Of a stretch of DNA of 42,830 bases, positions 41,504 to 42,830 are shown piece by piece; positions within the stretch are counted from its first letter, which is position 1; each line of letters starts with the position of its first letter. The notes below the pieces were generated by a model that saw only the letters and a program-made list of their open reading frames with translations, was not told the origin of the DNA and made no database searches. Made by a program: the position numbers and the translations under genes. Source of the DNA: a virus; the IMG/VR virus record IMGVR_UViG_3300045988_095743, positions 1-42,830 of that record, one strand, 5' to 3'.

Positions 41504-41626
41504 CTCGCAATATAACTTTTCTTCCACGGAAAACAGTTTTTTAATCAGCACCCAAATCCACACCCACTGTATAATTGTGCCTGCAAAGGCAAAGGCGGCC
41601 AAGCCGCACAAAACAGCGTAGCTCAT
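41429..41626 (-). CDS. Small N-terminal-TM protein (65 aa), convergent with and overlapping the 63-aa gene
   Basis: GGAGGA lies 7 nt before the ATG. TM segment AVLCGLAAFAFAGTIIQWVWIWVLI. The 3' 75 nt overlap 41312..41503. Confidence 0.45.
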   Translation of the reverse strand: MSYAVLCGLAAFAFAGTIIQWVWIWVLIKKLFSVEEKLYCELAKFAQQIPANRAKNAGCDADPEV

Positions 41627-41757
41627 AATACTTCCTCCAAATGCTGCAAAACATAGGCGAGCTGTTCTTCTGTCAACGTCATAATTTCGGAAATCAACCT
41701 ATTCCGCACATCTTCCGGCGCAAGCGCCGAAGATCCCGCACACAACAGTTCTTTCAA
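41623..41757 (-). CDS. Possible small ORF (44 aa, TTG start)
   Basis: GAAGG lies 7 nt before the TTG. The stop overlaps the next ATG (ATGA). Confidence 0.25.
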   Translation of the reverse strand: MKELLCAGSSALAPEDVRNRLISEIMTLTEEQLAYVLQHLEEVL

Positions 41758-41792
41758 TTCCCCGCCTTCTTCCTTTTAGTTTATACAATTTG

Positions 41793-41856
41793 CAATCGCA
41801 AGTCAACAACAAGATTCCAATATGTAATACTATATCGATTGGGGAGCCAATCGCAA
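41793..41856. promoter_or_regulatory. Two copies of CAATCGCAA, 55 bp apart, in a divergent control region (candidate operators)
   Basis: Copies at 41793-41801 and 41848-41856. Both sit in CAAT-rich contexts. Confidence 0.4.
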
Positions 41857-41868
41857 TTGTGTTCTGTT

Positions 41869-41959
41869 GGCCCCCCTGCCGCCTGCAACCGGCAGAGGGG
41901 CCTTATAGCAGATAGCCACGAAACATCAAGCCTACCTGCTATGGCTGCATCATAGCAGG
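41869..41959. other. Two strong hairpins in the int-proximal control region
   Basis: A 12-bp stem with one mismatch at 41869-41902. A perfect 9-bp stem, CCTGCTATG/CATAGCAGG, at 41935-41959. Confidence 0.55.
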
Positions 41960-42017
41960 GTGGTGGTTGGCAAAGCAAGCCGAGGCAAAGGCAGAATCCG
42001 TCCGATTCGTGAGAATC

Positions 42018-42026
42018 TGGTAAAAT
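42018..42026 (+). promoter_or_regulatory. Extended -10 promoter element (TGgTAAAAT)
   Basis: It lies 52 nt upstream of the 42078 ATG. No good -35 element. Confidence 0.35.
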
Positions 42027-42077
42027 TAGGCTTGGTAACATCTGCCAGAAACTGGGCAAACGAAAGGAGCGCACCCA

Positions 42078-42485
42078 ATGGAAACTATCCAGGATCTTTG
42101 TTGGAAGGAACGAGAAGCACAAAGAAAAACAGCGCAAACCATAGCGGACGAATCCGGAATCTCTATCTCGACCGTCAATAACTACTTTTCCAGCGCCTCT
42201 AAACAGCCGTCCGTCTACACTGTCGGTCCCATTTGCAAGAGCCTGGGGGTGTCCCTGGACCGGTATTTTGAGATCGTGCCGAAAGGCGAAGATTTGACGG
42301 AGCGGGAGGAAGCCCTGCTTACCCAGCAAGTGGGCCACGAACAAGACATAAACAAGCTGTTAAATGAAACCATTAAGCACAAGAACCGGGTAATCTTTGC
42401 CCTGCTGTTTATTTTTGCCCTGGCGCTGGTGTATGGCATTACCCTGGACCTGTTAAACCCCAGCATGGGCCTTTTCAGAGGATAA
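42078..42485 (+). CDS. Membrane-anchored XRE-family HTH regulator (135 aa)
   Basis: AAAGGAG RBS. HTH TAQTIADESGISISTVNNYFS. C-terminal TM VIFALLFIFALALVYGITL. Confidence 0.7.
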   Translation: METIQDLCWKEREAQRKTAQTIADESGISISTVNNYFSSASKQPSVYTVGPICKSLGVSLDRYFEIVPKGEDLTEREEALLTQQVGHEQDINKLLNETIKHKNRVIFALLFIFALALVYGITLDLLNPSMGLFRG

Positions 42486-42594
42486 AAAGAGGAGCCGCCT
42501 CCGATACCGAAATACCGGAGGCGGCGATCAGGAAGCGGATGCTGATGCAAAGCAATCCGCTCCTCCATTATAGCAAAGCAGGAGGAAAACGCAA

Positions 42595-42830
42595 GTGAAA
42601 ATCCCAGAAGAAAAAATGCGGGCCGCATTATATATCCGGGTAAGCACGGAAGAACAGGCCCGCCACGGCCTGTCCCTGGGCGACCAGCGAGCCGCCCTTG
42701 AAAGCTACGCAAAGAGCCATAACATGACGGTAGTAGGCGTATATGAGGATGCTGGTATTTCCGCAAGAAAGCCATATAAAAAACGCCCCGCTCTTTTGCG
42801 GTTACTGGATGATGTGGAAGCAAAAAAAAT
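42595..42830 (+). CDS. int: Large serine recombinase, N-terminal 78 codons (continues at base 2 after the junction)
   Basis: GGAGGA lies 8 nt before GTG 42595 (alternative in-frame ATG at 42616). ALYIRVSTEEQ...GLSLGDQ is the catalytic-serine motif. The frame is in phase with 65..1222. Confidence 0.9.
   Translation, partial: MKIPEEKMRAALYIRVSTEEQARHGLSLGDQRAALESYAKSHNMTVVGVYEDAGISARKPYKKRPALLRLLDDVEAKK
42732..42830. repeat. Terminal direct repeat, copy 2
   Basis: Identical to bases 1-99. Confidence 0.95.

Larger units (their letters stand above)
1..42830. mobile_element. Complete temperate siphovirus-type phage genome in circular form (unit 42,731 bp plus a 99-bp overlap)
   Basis: Full lysogeny, early, replication, packaging, head, tail and lysis gene set. 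The window ends are identical and a single ORF runs across the junction. Confidence 0.85.

Noticed and set aside
1-42830. Diversity-generating retroelement, CRISPR array, IS element or toxin-type cargo elsewhere in the genome
   Set aside because: I found no reverse transcriptase, transposase, cas gene or template/variable repeat pair on either strand.

Overview
The window is one complete temperate siphovirus-type phage genome in circular form. Bases 1-99 are identical to bases 42732-42830, so the unit length is 42,731 bp. A large serine recombinase gene reads straight through that junction. Almost all genes lie on the minus strand in tightly coupled operons. In minus-strand transcription order they are: a Cro-like HTH and small early ORFs; an orphan C5-type DNA methyltransferase; three conserved unknowns; a MazG-like protein; a recombination and replication module (Gp157-like, Erf, NinB/HNHc-like, HNH, SSB, replisome organizer with internal iterons, G39P-like helicase loader, DUF1064); a membrane-anchored lytic transglycosylase; and a RinA/ArpU-like late regulator. 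Next comes a roughly 1-kb ORF-free RNA locus. After it come TerS, TerL, portal, an AT-richer insertion, MuF, scaffold, an HK97-type capsid protein with an Ig-like tail, connectors, tail, tape measure, fibres, XhlA/holin/endolysin, and an eight-gene block of unknowns that ends at a palindromic candidate attP next to the integrase. The plus strand carries the lysogeny genes (an AT-rich 233-aa unknown, a CI-like repressor, a small membrane protein, a membrane-anchored XRE regulator, the integrase) and one moron. The most interesting items follow. (1) The RNA locus at 27534-28587 holds a canonical tRNA-Ile, a 66-nt CCA-ending tRNA-like element and about 600 nt of GC-rich hairpin-dense sequence. 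I treat it as a candidate large ornate ncRNA of the GOLLD/ROOL kind, unverified. (2) The portal-MuF insertion encodes two proteins that share an MGGRG[AG]S leader (one JAB/MPN-like) plus a DUF4417 protein. (3) The genetic switch has two near-consensus promoters that fire toward each other through nested palindromes. (4) A promoter-leader-terminator unit sits upstream of the plus-strand moron. (5) A 440-bp ORF-poor repeat region lies next to a protein with a RAMP-like glycine loop. All functional calls come from motif recognition by eye. No database search or folding program was run.
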